A DNA stretch of 64,000 bases from the human T2T-CHM13v2.0 reference genome, Homo sapiens (GCF_009914755.1 NC_060925.1); one strand, 5' to 3'. Positions 1 through 30,642 are shown, numbered from the stretch's first letter. A program made the numbers and translations. The notes: generated by a model not told the origin, from the sequence alone.

Positions 1-233
1 ATCTCGGCACACTGCAACCTCCGCCTCCCAGGTTCAAGCGATTCTCTTGCCTCAGCCTCCCGAGTAGCTGGGATTACAGGCGCCTGCCACCGCGCCCGGC
101 TAATTTTTGTATTTTTAGTAGAGACAGGGTTTTGCCACATTGGCCGGGCTGGTCTCGAACTCCTGACCTCGTGATCTTCCCACCTTGGCCTCCCAAAGCG
201 CTGGGATTACAGGCGTGAGCCACCACCCCCAGC
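1..233 (-). mobile_element. Alu (cut by window edge)
   Basis: Reverse-complement Alu consensus. Confidence 0.95.
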
Positions 234-1334
234 CTAGCTATTTGTTTTTTGTCATTATTTTTAATTCCGTCAGAAGCCTGAGATGTGATTGATTAGAATT
301 GTAGGAGGTAAGTATAGGACAAGAAGGCAGCGGAGAGGGGAGTTCTAGGCAGACATGAGCTAGGGTGTATCCAGGGAACGGAGGGGCCCCATACCTGAAG
401 TGGAACAGTGGGAACAGGAGAGAAGACCCAAGAAACAGGTGCAACCGGCTATCCAGCACACCCATGCTGATGCCCCACCTTATGCCAGCTCGGTGTAGTC
501 TATGTGGACGGCAGAGAAGTGAATCAGACGGAGTTTTGACTCTTGGGGAGCTCTTAACGCGGCGAGGAAGGCAGATGTGTTCACTGCAGGGAAACCAGGT
601 ATAATGGTGTTAGTGTGCAGTGGGCTGTGCTTGTGGAAGGCTTCACGGAGGAGGCAGCATTTGAGGTGGATCTGAAAGGATGAGTAGACGTTGGTGAGAC
701 TGGCGCAGTGGGCTGTGGCCATACATCCAGCAGCCAGCTGGCTGGCACCTCCCAATGACAGCTTCCTAGTCCCTTCCTGGGCTGGTGGGCCCAATAATGA
801 GGCCTCTAATGAGCGCCTAATGTGCAGTCACGCATATGCAAATGAGGTGGAAGGGATACTAGGCCAGCTCAGGTCCCCTTTCCTAACATGATAGTGGGGA
901 AGGGCTGAGGGAAGGGACTGAAAGCTGGGCCCAGACTAGAATGGCCATACTTGAGGGCCATCAGGTCAGGTCTCAGGTCTGACCCAGGCTGGAAGTTAGG
1001 CCACAGGGCAGCTGGGACCCATGTCCTTAGGTCCCTGCTGGGCCTTGGGGCTAGTGAGGGAGCCAACTAGCCAGACCCAGATAATGCAGCTTTGTTGGCT
1101 GGTGGTATCTCTGCCTGGCACCCAGGGGCACAGCCTTCAGTGTTTCCTCCACCACTTCTCAGCTGCAGCTCTGCCCTGAAGGGAGCAGAGAGCCTGGGAG
1201 GGTGTAGGGAACATGGTACTGCTGCCCTTACTAGCGCTCCTCAGCAGTTGTAAGAGATGATGTGAGCCAGGTAGAGACTCCCCGGTGAACCAAGTTATTT
1301 CCCATTAATTATCTCTGACTTATTATCTCCTATT

Positions 1335-1560
1335 CATTAAGGGCCTTCTCTGTGCCAGGCACAATGCTCAGCATGTCACGGGCATTGTCTCATTTGTTCC
1401 TCACCACAGTCTCATGAGTAGGGACTAGCATTATCCCCATTTTACAGATGAGGCTCAGAGAGATGAAATCACTTACCTAAAGTCACACAGCTAGCAACTG
1501 GCAGAGGCAGGATTTGAACTCAAATCTGTCTGACTCTGAAGTCTGTGCCCTAAACCTCTA
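1335..1560 (-). mobile_element. MIR SINE
   Basis: MIR core: cccattttacagatgaggctcagagag...aaagtcacacagctag. Confidence 0.85.
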
Positions 1561-1910
1561 AGCTGAATTATCATGGCTAAGCTATCCAGTGACAAGGTCT
1601 GGCCTGCTTCCCTCCCGTGACTGGCCTGTGTGGGCATCTTGGTCTTGGGGACCCCATAATCTTTTCCCTGGCTGGCAGAGGTAGCCCCAGCAGAGCCCAG
1701 GGTCCTCTGGGAAGCCTGCCAGGTTGGAGCCTAAGCAGTTGAACCAGGAGGAAGGCCCCGGACCCAGGTGGTGGTAATAGTCCAGCTTGGGGGGCATCTC
1801 CAGGCCTTGGCCTGAGGTTGGGCCTCTGCCTTCAGCATCTGGGCAACAGCCTGGGCAGCCCTGCTGGGGCTGAGGGAGGGATGTGGTGGGGCCCAGGCTG
1901 CGGGATGGGG

Positions 1911-2036
1911 TCATTTCCTGCCGCCTAAAATAACAGGAAGTGGGTGCTCCTGATTGGAGGCTGGGAACAATGGCCGCCAGCCGGGCCAGAGAGCTCCTTC
2001 AGATCTGTAGTCTCAGTCGGGTTCCCGGCTTTATCA
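1911..2036. promoter_or_regulatory. Candidate intronic enhancer (ETS, FOX:ETS-like, CCAAT, SOX, GATA motifs)
   Basis: CATTTCCTG 1912-1920, AATAACAGGAAGTG 1929-1942, ATTGG 1953-1957, AACAATG 1966-1972, TTATCA 2031-2036; motif evidence only. Confidence 0.45.
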
Positions 2037-2309
2037 CCCACAGAAGCCGGTGGCCTGGTCCCAGTGCCCCACTGCCCAACTGCTGGAGCACGCTGCCCTC
2101 TCCTAGGGCACTCCCTCTCGGAGCCGGCTTAGCTCTGTCCAGGCCAGGGATAATGCTGCCCCCTAAGGGTCCCTCCTCTCCCGGCCCCACAATTAGGCAT
2201 TCCCCAGAGTTTGCCCTTTCTACTGACCTCCTATTCTCCCAGCCCAGATCTCTCCAGGAGAGGGAACCCAGGAGGCTGTCCCCACTGGGATGCAGGCAGG
2301 GTAAAGACC

Positions 2310-2500
2310 GTCATGCTGATTGGGTCCAAACCCCAGCTTTGCTACTCACTAGCTGTGGAGCTTAAGTAAGTGTCTTAATCTCTGAACCTGTTTCCTCGTT
2401 TGTAAAATGGGGTAATAATATCTACCTCATAGGATTATGGCAAAGGTTAAATGAACTAATGAGTTTAATGTGTTTAGCTGTGCCTGACAAAAGCATTAGC
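2310..2500 (+). mobile_element. MIR SINE (another copy at ~3330-3545)
   Basis: tactcactagctgtg...tttcctcgtttgtaaaatggggtaataata. Confidence 0.8.
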
Positions 2501-2742
2501 TGTTGCTCCTGTTAATCGGACTTTCTCTGGGCCTAGGGAAATAATTTGCTCAGAAGGAGCAGAAGTGACCTGGATGACGCTGTATAAATATTCCGGGGAC
2601 ATTGTGTCTCTGTGTGCTGTGTGTGTCTCTGAGGCTTTGTCTGTTTCTTAGAGGAGGTACCTGGCCCCGTACTCTGTGGGTACATCTGTGTGTCTCAGAT
2701 ATGTGTAGAGTTTTGAATCCCAGTAAGTCTGTTTCCTCTGCA

Positions 2743-2751
2743 TGTGTGTGT

Positions 2752-2796
<45 letters not shown>
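2743..2796 (+). repeat. (TG)n(GA)n compound microsatellite
   Basis: About 22 TG units with one interruption, followed by GA units. Confidence 0.97.
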
Positions 2797-4119
2797 GAGA
2801 ATATGTCTTGTCTCTCGCCATTGTGCAGGCCCTGTTTACATTGTCTGGTGTCTGTCTCTGTTGTGTGCACGTCTGTCTCCCATGTGTCTCTGCCCTCTGC
2901 CTGCCTCTGTCTTCGCCTGCTCTAGTGTTGTCACCTAGGAATCTGCAGTGAGGGCCAGGAGGGCTCTTGCTAGAGGTGCTGATCTCTGTTCTGTCTTCTC
3001 TCGGCCTCGTGCCTCTGCCTCTCCCATGCTTCCTGCCTGAGGTGCTGTCTGTGCACCCCCCACGCCACAACCAGCCCTCACCCAGGCACTCCCTCTCGCT
3101 GCCCCTGGAGGTGGGCTGTTCTCCCCTACCTCACTTCCCGCCTCTTGGGAGCCAGCCTGGGCAGGAGCCTGCCTTCCCTACATTCCTGTGCTCTGAGCTC
3201 AGTGCCTGCTTGCCCCACCTGCACCCTTCACTTTTGTGGGGGAAGTCTCCCTGGGGGAACCACGGAATCACTTCCTTCTTCAGAGAACACGCAGGAGCTT
3301 CAGGGCGGGGTAATGTGACTGCCTACCAGAAACAGCATGACATAAGGGTTTTAAGGGTTTTGTCATCAGACAACTCTGGATTCAAATCCTACCTCTGACA
3401 CTGGCATGAACAATCCACTTAATCTGTCTGAGTAAATTCTCTCACCTGTGAAATGGGGGCCATCATAGAACTTTCCTTTTAGGATTGTCATCAGGATCAA
3501 ATGGGATAGGGAAAGTGCTTGGTTTATGTTAGAGCTTCAGTAAATTAGTTTGGGCCTGGAAACTGGCTGGGGACATGCAGGTTCTGAGATGAACATGACA
3601 TTTAGTGTTTAGAGAGACTAAGCTTTGGAGCAGCTTGAGGGTCTAAATACACACTAGCTAGGTAGCTTTCTACAGTACCCCCACCCACATATCTACATAC
3701 CCAGCCACCCACCCACCCATCGGACATTCATTAAACAGACACAGAACTCCCACTCTGTGCCAGGCAGGTCCTGTATAAGACTCTGGGGCTGCAAAAAGGA
3801 CTAAGACTGAGTTTCTTCTCTTGATAAGCTCTCACACTGACAAGGGCAGGGGGTGGCAGGCAAACAGAAAAGCTAGACTGAGTTATCAGTGTTGTGAGAG
3901 GAATATTTGGCCCAACAAGAGTTGTTGGGGTGGGAGGAGGGAGAGACAAAAGGAAAGGACTGCCAGCTCTCAGAGGGTGGAGATGGGGTGTTAGTATTCT
4001 GAGACATGTGACAGTCTCTCTGAGGGACTTGGCCCTGATCTTTCTGCAGACCCCAGGCACAGCCCCTCTTGGAGCTCTTAGGAAGACAGGACTTTTTGAC
4101 CCCACAATGCAACCCACCA

Positions 4120-4684
4120 CTGCACTTTTGCCCTGCTAATGCTCTTTGTGCCAAGAAATAAATACAAATTATTTGTCTCTTATCTCATTCTTAACAAATA
4201 CTTCTGGTAGATATTAGTGTAGCAAAATAAAACCAACAGTGGCAAAACCTCACAATCTGGCATAGACCAAAAATAAGATAAAATTAAGTAGCCGAAGGAT
4301 CATATTTGATGGTTAAAAATGAGAATGATCATAAATAGATTAACCATACTGTATAGATAACTAACCAAGGAGTTTTGGCTTAATGTGATTTGCTCCATAA
4401 CACTGTGCCAATGACATTTCATCAGGGTTGGCATAATTGTGAAGAAAATATTTGTATTCAGGGTCAATAGTGTGCCAGGTCACAAGAGGAGTTCCAAACT
4501 TCTTGTTTGCCTCTTGAGAAGTTTTTCTTGTTGAGCTGCTGGAGTAAACACTCATTATTATTTTTATTAACTTCTACCTGTGTGGCTTAGTCCAGGAAGC
4601 TGCCCAAACACTATTGAGATGGAGTTGTTTTGCTTCTCTTCAAATGTTTATCTTTTTGCTATAAGTTGCCACATAGATATATAC
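4120..4684 (-). mobile_element. Probable degenerate hAT DNA-transposon fragment
   Basis: AT-rich island; the minus-strand translation SLAQCYGANHIKPKL loosely resembles the hAT C-terminal dimerisation motif; family not identified. Confidence 0.35.
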
Positions 4685-4998
4685 TTTTTTTCTTTTTTTT
4701 TTTTTTTTTTTTTTTTTTTGGAGACAGCATCTGATTCTGTCGCCCAGGCTGGAGTGCAGTAGTGCAGTCTCAGATCACTGCAGCTTCCACCTCTGGGTTC
4801 AAGGGATTCTTCTCTCAGCCTCCCAAGTAGCTGGGACTACAGGTGTGCACAACCACGCCCAGCTAATTTTTGTAGTTTTAGTAGACATGGGGTTTTGCCA
4901 TTTGCCCAGGCTGCTCCCGAACTCCTGGGCTCAAACGATCTGCTCTCCTTGGCCTCCCAAAGTGCTGGGATTACAGGCGTGAGCCACTGCGCCCAGCC
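4685..4998 (-). mobile_element. Alu
   Basis: Poly-T followed by a full reverse-complement Alu body. Confidence 0.95.
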
Positions 4999-5084
4999 TA
5001 GATCTACTCTTTATTAGAGTAAAAATCTTCTATATGCTTTAGGCTAGGGCAGCCTCATAGTATAGCACTTTATTTGTGTTATAC

Positions 5085-8375
<3,291 letters not shown>

Positions 8376-8889
8376 GAGGAGACGTGGATATATTCTTCGG
8401 GGCAGGTGCTGCTTACCAAGCCCCTGCCAGGTGCCACCGATGATGTACCCGTCTGTACCAACTCCCCATGTGTGCCAACAACTCCATGAGGGAACTGTGG
8501 TTACACAGGCTCAGGGCTTGCCCGAGGTTCGCCGGGAGCCGAGGTCCTCAGTCAGGCCTGTCAGACTCTGAAGCCTGTGACCTTTCTGCTCCACTGCATC
8601 TGATGCCTGGGTGCAGGTTCTTCCAAGCCTCACTCCTCTACCTCCTCCCAGCCTCCTTTCACATAGCGAGTCAGGACCTTGCTGGGGACTCACTGACTGT
8701 CTTGCCTGGTGGGTGTGATTTGCCTAGGTGTAGACAAACACCCGCCTACCAGTTTTCCTTGCAACACCTGCAGCACGCACAGGTGCTTGGAGAATGGCAA
8801 TAAACAGACCTCACCCTCAACCTTCAAGCTTAATACTTACACACCCAGGCTTTGGCTTCAGACAGTCCTGAGTTCAAATCCCAACTCTA

Positions 8890-10860
<1,971 letters not shown>

Positions 10861-11748
10861 AGAGACTTAAAGGAACTAACTAGACCCTTGAAAAATTCAC
10901 TAGCAGCAAGTAGACTTGGGGGGAAACAAAACAAAACAAAACAAAAAAACCTGAGGCTGAGAGAGGTTGACTGGCTTGTCCATGGTTGTCTGCTGGGGAA
11001 ACAAGCCCTCTCTTCCCATCTTCCTCATCTGACTGACTCTGAAGCCTGTCTCTCAATTGCCCCACATGTGTATATGTCAAATCGTGTGGCTCCCTTACTT
11101 CACTTCGATGTCTTTTACAGGATTCCTACAATAGTCATGTCTTAAAAGCAGAAATTTCGGTGTGGCTTGGGGAAAAAAGATTATAAAGTGGACGTAGCTT
11201 GTTGCCAATGGAATCTTCACAGCAAAGCATTCCACTAGAGCCCATACTTACGTCCTTCCTCTTGGTCAGTCCCATGTGCCCAGCACTGGCACCCTCTGTG
11301 AACAGACCTTGGGTTGGGCACAGTCACCCAGAAGTAAAGCAGAAAGGAGAGGGAGGCAGACATGGAAACAATCAGTGCATTTGGTGCACGAATAAGTGCT
11401 ACAAGCTTGTTCTCAGCTTTTCCAACACACCCTGCTCCATTCTGCCCCTTCGCATATACTCTTCTCTGCCAACACCTCTCCTCCTTGCTTTGCTGACTCC
11501 AGCTTATCCTTCGGATCTCAGCTTGGTTGTTACTTCTTCAGCAAGCCCTCCCCATATAGGTTAACTATCTCTGCTTTGCTGCCCCAGACATAGTATTTAT
11601 TCTCTACTGTAGTTGCCTAGCTATTTGTCTGTCTGCCCTGCTAGAGGGTAAGCGCCACAGAGGCAGGGATCATGGCTATTTTCTCACCATTATATCATGA
11701 GTATCTGGAACAGGGCCCGGCACATAGAAATAACTCAAACATAAGTGA

Positions 11749-12279
<531 letters not shown>

Positions 12280-12359
12280 TAGAGGAGATAAAGAAAGGAT
12301 GGGGTGAGGCCCGGAGGGAGGGATCTGAGGCTGACTCCTCTTTGGGGACAGCCTTTTGA

Positions 12360-12461
<102 letters not shown>

Positions 12462-12464
12462 TGA

Positions 12465-12943
<479 letters not shown>

Positions 12944-13184
12944 TCATTTGCTTAAGCCACACAGCTAGTAGAGTAGCTGACATTCAGACCCAGAAGCCTC
13001 CTGCCACCCCAAATCCCATGCTCTTAATCACAGTATGTGGACATCTGTCTGGTAGGCCCCCCAGGTCAGATGGGGATCTTGCACTCAAGCATTCATTTCT
13101 CCTTCAGCCCTGAGAGCCCATAAGGCCAATGGAGGAGAAATAGGCCTCTCCTGAGTCCTGTCTTCAGTAAGCCTCTCAATTTGA

Positions 13185-13520
<336 letters not shown>

Positions 13521-14094
13521 TGAATCCATGTACACGTGTGCTCACCGTCTGCATACTGGTGCAGTGTGTACACACATCCATGTTCACGGCTCTGCCTTAT
13601 CTGTGTCTATGTGGTCCTATTTGTGTTCACATCTACAGTTGTGTCCCTGTGTTAGAATATCTGGGCACCTGTACAACTGCAGGCACATTTGCTTCTGAAT
13701 GTGCCACTGTAGGCCCCTGTAACTGTTTACTGTCAGTACCTGTGTTCGTACATGTACCCCATGTGTCTGTATGTATGCAGGTATGCATCTGTGTGAGCGT
13801 GCCTAGCTCTGTGACATGGGTAAAGCCCTAGCTTGAGTGCTGGTGAGGAAATGAAGGAAATGGCCACCTGGCCCTACCTGGGAGGGCCTCAGGCTAGAGG
13901 GAACACATAGCCCCAAGGTCAGGACCCTCAGTGCCTGAGATGTGGCCTTGCCTGGGAGCCCCAGGTAGGGGGAGTCCACCCAATCCTCAGAGAATCAACT
14001 CATGCACTCAGGAAATGACTCAGGAACAGTGAAAAGCTCCCCAAGAACAAGTTGAAAGGGATCTTGGTCCTTAATCATAGCAAGGATTTGGTAA

Positions 14095-14358
<264 letters not shown>

Positions 14359-14929
14359 TAGGCTGGAGGGGCTGGGGAGTGGGTGGGCAAGGCTGGGATG
14401 GCAAGTAAGGGAAGGGAACAACTTCCCTACAAAAAGCTGGTGGCTCCCTGCAGCAGGTGTGCCTTGCTTTATGTGACTTGTGTCTTCTAGAATGGTCTGT
14501 AAGCCAAACTGTCCCTTCCCAAGGACTTCCACTATCAAATCAGAGATGGATTCTCTCCATTTGGTTTGCTCTTCAAACCTCTGTCATTTTAGGATTAGCC
14601 TTCTTTGCGCCTGTCAATTATTATTAGTTGTTGATACATAAAAGACTTTAATGACCTACAGACACTGGATCTTAAAGAAACTGTCACTCCTTGTCTCGGA
14701 AGGTAGATTTTTGTCTCTGAGTTTTCTCCGCGTAGGGCCACCATGGATTTTGGTCTGATTCTTTGCTGGCATGTATGTACCACTGTGCTTGGATGTCTTT
14801 ATGCAATGGCAAGTTTCAGTATTTCTAGCTGTGTATCTTCTGTTTATGTGCTCCTGGACCCGTGCATTGTGTGTCTTAATATGTGTTTGCCTTGGCGTGT
14901 TTGTGACCTTGTGTACCTCAGTGAGGGCT

Positions 14930-15145
14930 CCTAAGTCAGACAGACTTGGGTTCCAGCTCTGGCACTTGCAGCGTAACCTTTAACTTCTCGAAGTCTCACT
15001 TTCTTCATCTATAAACTGGGGATAGTGATACTACTTGCCCCTGAGGTGGTAGATAGATGTTTGAAGGATCAAATGAGGTCACATGTGTGTGGTGCCCCAC
15101 ACAGTACCTGGCACATGGTAAGCATCAACAAATGTGAGCTGCTAC
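14930..15145 (+). mobile_element. MIR SINE in intron 5
   Basis: agtcagacagacttgggttccagctctggcactt...catctataaactggggatagtgata. Confidence 0.8.
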
Positions 15146-15369
15146 AAATGTCATGATGAGGTTGCTTCGATCTGTTTGTGGCTTGTGTGCATCTGGGTCT
15201 GACACACTATCTGTTAGTGTTTGTGTCTCTGTCCCTGTGCATGTCTGCACACATGTGTGCATGCCGAAGTATCTGCCACTCTATATGCCTGTGTCTGCAT
15301 GTCTTTTTGTGATTCTGGATGAACACGTGGATTTGTGCAAGTGACTGTGACTGTGTAGGTCCTGTTTAG

Positions 15370-16083
<714 letters not shown>

Positions 16084-16409
16084 TAGGAGAGGAGAACAGA
16101 GACAAAGCACAATGCCGCAGAGGGCAGGAAGCCTGGCAGGAGCCTCAAGAGCAAGTTGGAGGTGGTGGCTGGGGGTGGGGACAGGCAGGCAGCCTTTTCT
16201 GCAACCACAGCCAGCTGGTCTGGGCCAACCTTAGCCAGGTGGCATTGTCCCCATGTGTCAGACTGGCCTGGGTGCTGTGGGGTGGAGGGGTCCCTCATTC
16301 TGGCTCCACCCTAGAGGGCCCATGCAATCCTGCCCTCTCTGTCTTCAGAGCCCCAGTCATGGCCTTGGCTGGTCCCAGAGTTGAGCCAACCAAGGTGGCA
16401 TAGCCCCTG

Positions 16410-16567
16410 CATTCCCACCATGCCCTGGTGCTCATATGTGAAGGAGCCATGGTGGGAGTTATTTATAAGTTTCTCTTGCATTTGTTTGGCTGCTTTGTTG
16501 CCTAGCAACCAAATCAGCTGCTGTACCAACCCCACCTGACTGAGGCTTAAAAATAGCCCAGCAGCTG
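16410..16567. promoter_or_regulatory. Candidate muscle enhancer (2 MEF2 sites, 3 E-boxes) in intron 6
   Basis: TTATTTATAA 16459-16468, TTAAAAATAG 16547-16556, CAGCTG 16515 and 16562, CACCTG 16533; motif evidence only. Confidence 0.55.
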
Positions 16568-17045
16568 AGGGGACAGAGCAGGGTGGCCTAGGGCAGGCAG
16601 GCACCCTAGCAGCCTCTCCCTGGCACAGGACTGCTAAAAGCTGGGTCAGAGGAGCACAAGGACCCTCACTGTCCTGAATCCATGGGACAGCCTCGGCTGG
16701 GTCAGCCCTCTGACAGCAGGAGGGGCAAGACCTTACACTGGGACATGGCAGAGGGCAATTGGGTTTTCTTCCAATCCTGGATGGCTCCTTCCTATATGCG
16801 CCGTTCAGGGCCCCTTCACCTGGGGAGCGTTGTAGGCGGGGACCCTCATCCGATGCAGGATGTTGCCCTGGGAAGTGTCTGGTTGCCTGGGTCTGTAGTG
16901 GAAGTCCAGATCATAGGGAGGACAAGTGTGGCCCCGGTGTGATTGTGGGGAGAGGACTCCCGGGTGAGAAGCCTTGGCCTTGGCATGGGGATGGTGCCTG
17001 GTCTGCTCCCTTGCCTCTTCCTGCCTCCTACGGCCCCCACGGTGA

Positions 17046-18424
<1,379 letters not shown>

Positions 18425-18721
18425 CCTGCTGAATGAATGGACCTGTCAGGTAGCACTCAGGGTGCTGAGGACACGTTGCTGAGCTAACCCAAGCATGGTT
18501 TTTTCTCTTATTAAGCTTACAGGCTATTGGCGGGGGACATACAATAATCAAAGAATCCCACAGAAACATGTCATTACAAACTGGGGTGTATGCTCTAAAA
18601 GGGAATGGTGTGTTTCTGTGAGAGCAAGGGGGCGGGGGGCGGCGCTGATGTAGCCTGGGGGAGGGGGCACCTCCCAGAGGAAGGAACAAGTTCTCAGCGT
18701 GTGGGTGTGTGTGTCTCCTAA

Positions 18722-19159
<438 letters not shown>

Positions 19160-19268
19160 TGAGGACTGGGAGTGGGACATGGAAAGAGGAGACTCCTGCC
19201 CTCAGCAGTCCCAGGCCCAGAACACAGGCCGCTGGGAGATGACGGCGGTGTCTGCGTGGGTGTGCTGA

Positions 19269-20035
<767 letters not shown>

Positions 20036-20136
20036 TGAGCTGGGAGGCCCTAAGACTCCGAGGCCGGGTCTGGCTGGTGGGAGGTTTAGGATTAGGGGCG
20101 GGGCTCGAGCCTAACTGATCTGCGGCCTCCAAACAG

Positions 20137-20190
20137 CGTCTGGAGGAGATCATGAAGAGGACTCGGAAGTCAGAAGTTTCTGAAACCAAG
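20137..20190 (+). CDS. MAP7D1: MAP7D1 exon 13 (RLEEIMKRTRKSEVSETK), end of the MAP7 domain
   Basis: Branch point cctaact at ~20110, aaacag|CGT acceptor, AAG|gtcaga donor; family motif RLEEIMKRTR. Confidence 0.96.
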
Positions 20191-20239
20191 GTCAGAATTC
20201 CCCCGAAGGGCAGTGCTGGGCGTGGGGGGCAGGGTGTGA

Positions 20240-21133
<894 letters not shown>

Positions 21134-21725
21134 GAGGGTTTGCCTTGGATCCGGGCACAGTTGTGAGGGCTCCTCTGCATCACCTACCAGGATGTCTGGA
21201 GGAGAAAAAGACAGAACAAAGATGGAAGTGGCCTGGGCCCCTGGGGGTGGGTCCTCTCTGTTGTTTTTAATCTGCACCTTATAGACTGATGTCTCTTTGG
21301 CCGGAGCCAGATCTGCCCCTCAGTGCATTCGTGTGCTCGCACGCGCAGACATCCCTTCTCCCCCATACACACATATACACTCACAGCCTCTCTGGCCTCT
21401 TCCCTTGGGGAGGGGCCACCTGTAGTATTTGCCTTGATTTGGTGGGGTACAGTGGATGTGAATACTGTAAATAGCTTGTGCTCAGACTCCTCTGCGTGGA
21501 GAGGGTGGGTGCAGGAGGCAGACCCTCCCCCCAAAGCCCCCTGGGGAGATCTTCCTCTCTCTATTTAACTGTAACTGAGGGGGATCCCAGGTCTGGGGAT
21601 GGGGGACACCTTGGGCCACAGGATACTGGTTGCTTCAGGGGTACCCATGCCCCCTGCCCTCGCCTGGAATCAGTGTTACTGCATCTGATTAAATGTCTCC
21701 AGAAATAAAGAATAATTCTGCCAAT
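21134..21725 (+). other. MAP7D1: MAP7D1 3' UTR (3' end approximate)
   Basis: Repeat-free stretch between the stop codon and the poly(A) signals. Confidence 0.85.
21688..21709 (+). terminator. Polyadenylation signals ATTAAA (21688-21693) and AATAAA (21704-21709)
   Basis: Canonical hexamers ~570 nt after the stop codon, followed by a GT/T-containing downstream stretch (ctgttcttgg). Confidence 0.85.
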
Positions 21726-21989
21726 CCTGCCTGTTCTTGGAGCTGGTGGCGGAGGTGGGAGCAGATGGCCTCCTGAGTTCTAAGAACTGAAGAAGCCTCG
21801 GGCTGGTGGTATTAGTCCTGAACTCCTGCCCTATGGTCTTCCAGTTTAGTCATGAATTCATTCATTTATTTATTCAACAAATACTGTTGCATCTACTCTG
21901 TGTCAGGCAGTAGGCTATGCACTGGGGATGCAATAGTCAGAAAGGATGTAATCTCTGTCCTTGTGCAGTTTATAGTCTAGTGGGTGAGT

Positions 21990-28605
<6,616 letters not shown>

Positions 28606-29627
28606 GACAGCAATTTCTTATGCAAATGTGGTGCTCACAGGAAGGGTCTGATCCCACAGCTCAGGAAAGAGGAGCCAGGAGGGAAGGAGGGAAGAACACA
28701 GAAGTTCTAGGAGAGACTCAGCCTTTAGGAGCCTGGAGTGTGGCTCCTCTGAGACAGCAGGGCCCTAGGGGGCAGTGAGGGCTTTGGAAGAACTGGCCCA
28801 GGCTGCAGGGAGGTAGCCTCCAGGTCTGATTTCCTGGTTTCCAGCTGGAGATTGAGGAATGTCCGGTCTGTTCCAGGCCCTGACTGAGCCTGAAGAGAGC
28901 GGAGGTGGAGGCAGAAGCCATCCCCTCTGGAGATCCCTCCCTTTCCCCATCTCTGCCCTTTCCCCAGTAGGGCCAGACTAGGCAGGGCCAGAGGAAGGCA
29001 GCAAAATGCCCTTCCCTCCTCCCCTCTTCATCCCAGTCGCCAACGCTCCTGAACTCCAGCTCTGTTACAACACCCCCGCCCCTCAACACACACACAATCT
29101 TTCTTTAACAGGACTCCCCAGCTCCACTGTGTGTGCCCGTGGGCCCTCTCAAAGGAACATTCAGTCCAACCCGAAGCCTGTGCCCTGCTTCCCAATGAAT
29201 GGCGATCTCGCTCCACCTGGTGGTTACATGAGCACATTGGCAAGGCAGTTGAGGTTGGAACTGCCAGGTCCACCATGGACCAGACCACAGGCCTATGGCT
29301 GATGTCCTGGCTGCAGGAGATGTGTGCTCTACTCTAGACTTGGCCAGTGACTCACTCTATAACTAGGCAACCCTCCTGACCTCTGTGAGCTTCAATTTCC
29401 TCATCTGCAAATTAGGGCTAGTGATATGGGTAAGGTATTCCTTGAACAAACACACAGAATAAGAGTCTTAGTTGCAAGGTCCCCTTCCCACCATGAGGGG
29501 CCATGATATCCTGAGGTAGCTCAACATCACCTCCTGTGTACTGCCAGTCCCTTCCCCAAACCACTCCACTTTGGGACAGCCGTATTAGACATGTCCCAAT
29601 GTGGCCAGAACATTGAGCTCTAATTGA

Positions 29628-29762
<135 letters not shown>

Positions 29763-29928
29763 TAAATTTTTTGTGGAAACAGATCTCGTTTTTTGTCCAC
29801 GTTGGTCTTGAAATCCTGGCCTTAAATGATCCTCCTGCCTCCGCCTCCCAAAGTGCTAGGATTACAGGTGTGAGCCACCGCCCTTGGCTGGTAAGGACAT
29901 GGTCTTTGCCTTCAGTGCATTCAGCCTA

Positions 29929-30273
<345 letters not shown>

Positions 30274-30642
30274 TCAGTGACATAATTAAGCACACAGTGC
30301 TTTGGGAATATAAAGGATAATTTTTTAAAAAAATCTTTAGAGATGAGGGTCTTATTAAGTTGCCCAGGCTAGACTCAAACTCCTGGGCTCAAGGGACCCA
30401 CCTGCCTCAGCCTTCCTAGTAGCTGGGACTTCAAGTATATACCACCATACCTGACAAGGAAAAATATTTGACCTGGGTTCAAGCAGGGAGAGACTGTCAA
30501 AGGGAGGCCTCCTGTAGGAGGTAATACCTGAGAATATCCTCTGAATTAAGGGTTAAAAACTTGAACGACTCCCAAGGGGCAGCCCCTGTCACTCCCCTCT
30601 GGTCCACAGTTGCCAGGTCGAATTGGATTCCAGTATGGCTTG

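Noticed and set aside
2550-3070. HT/CV-repeat ORFs; similarly the poly-I/Y ORFs at 43.0-43.5 kb and ERK/FLS ORFs at 54.6-55.0 kb
   Set aside because: Artefacts of microsatellite translation
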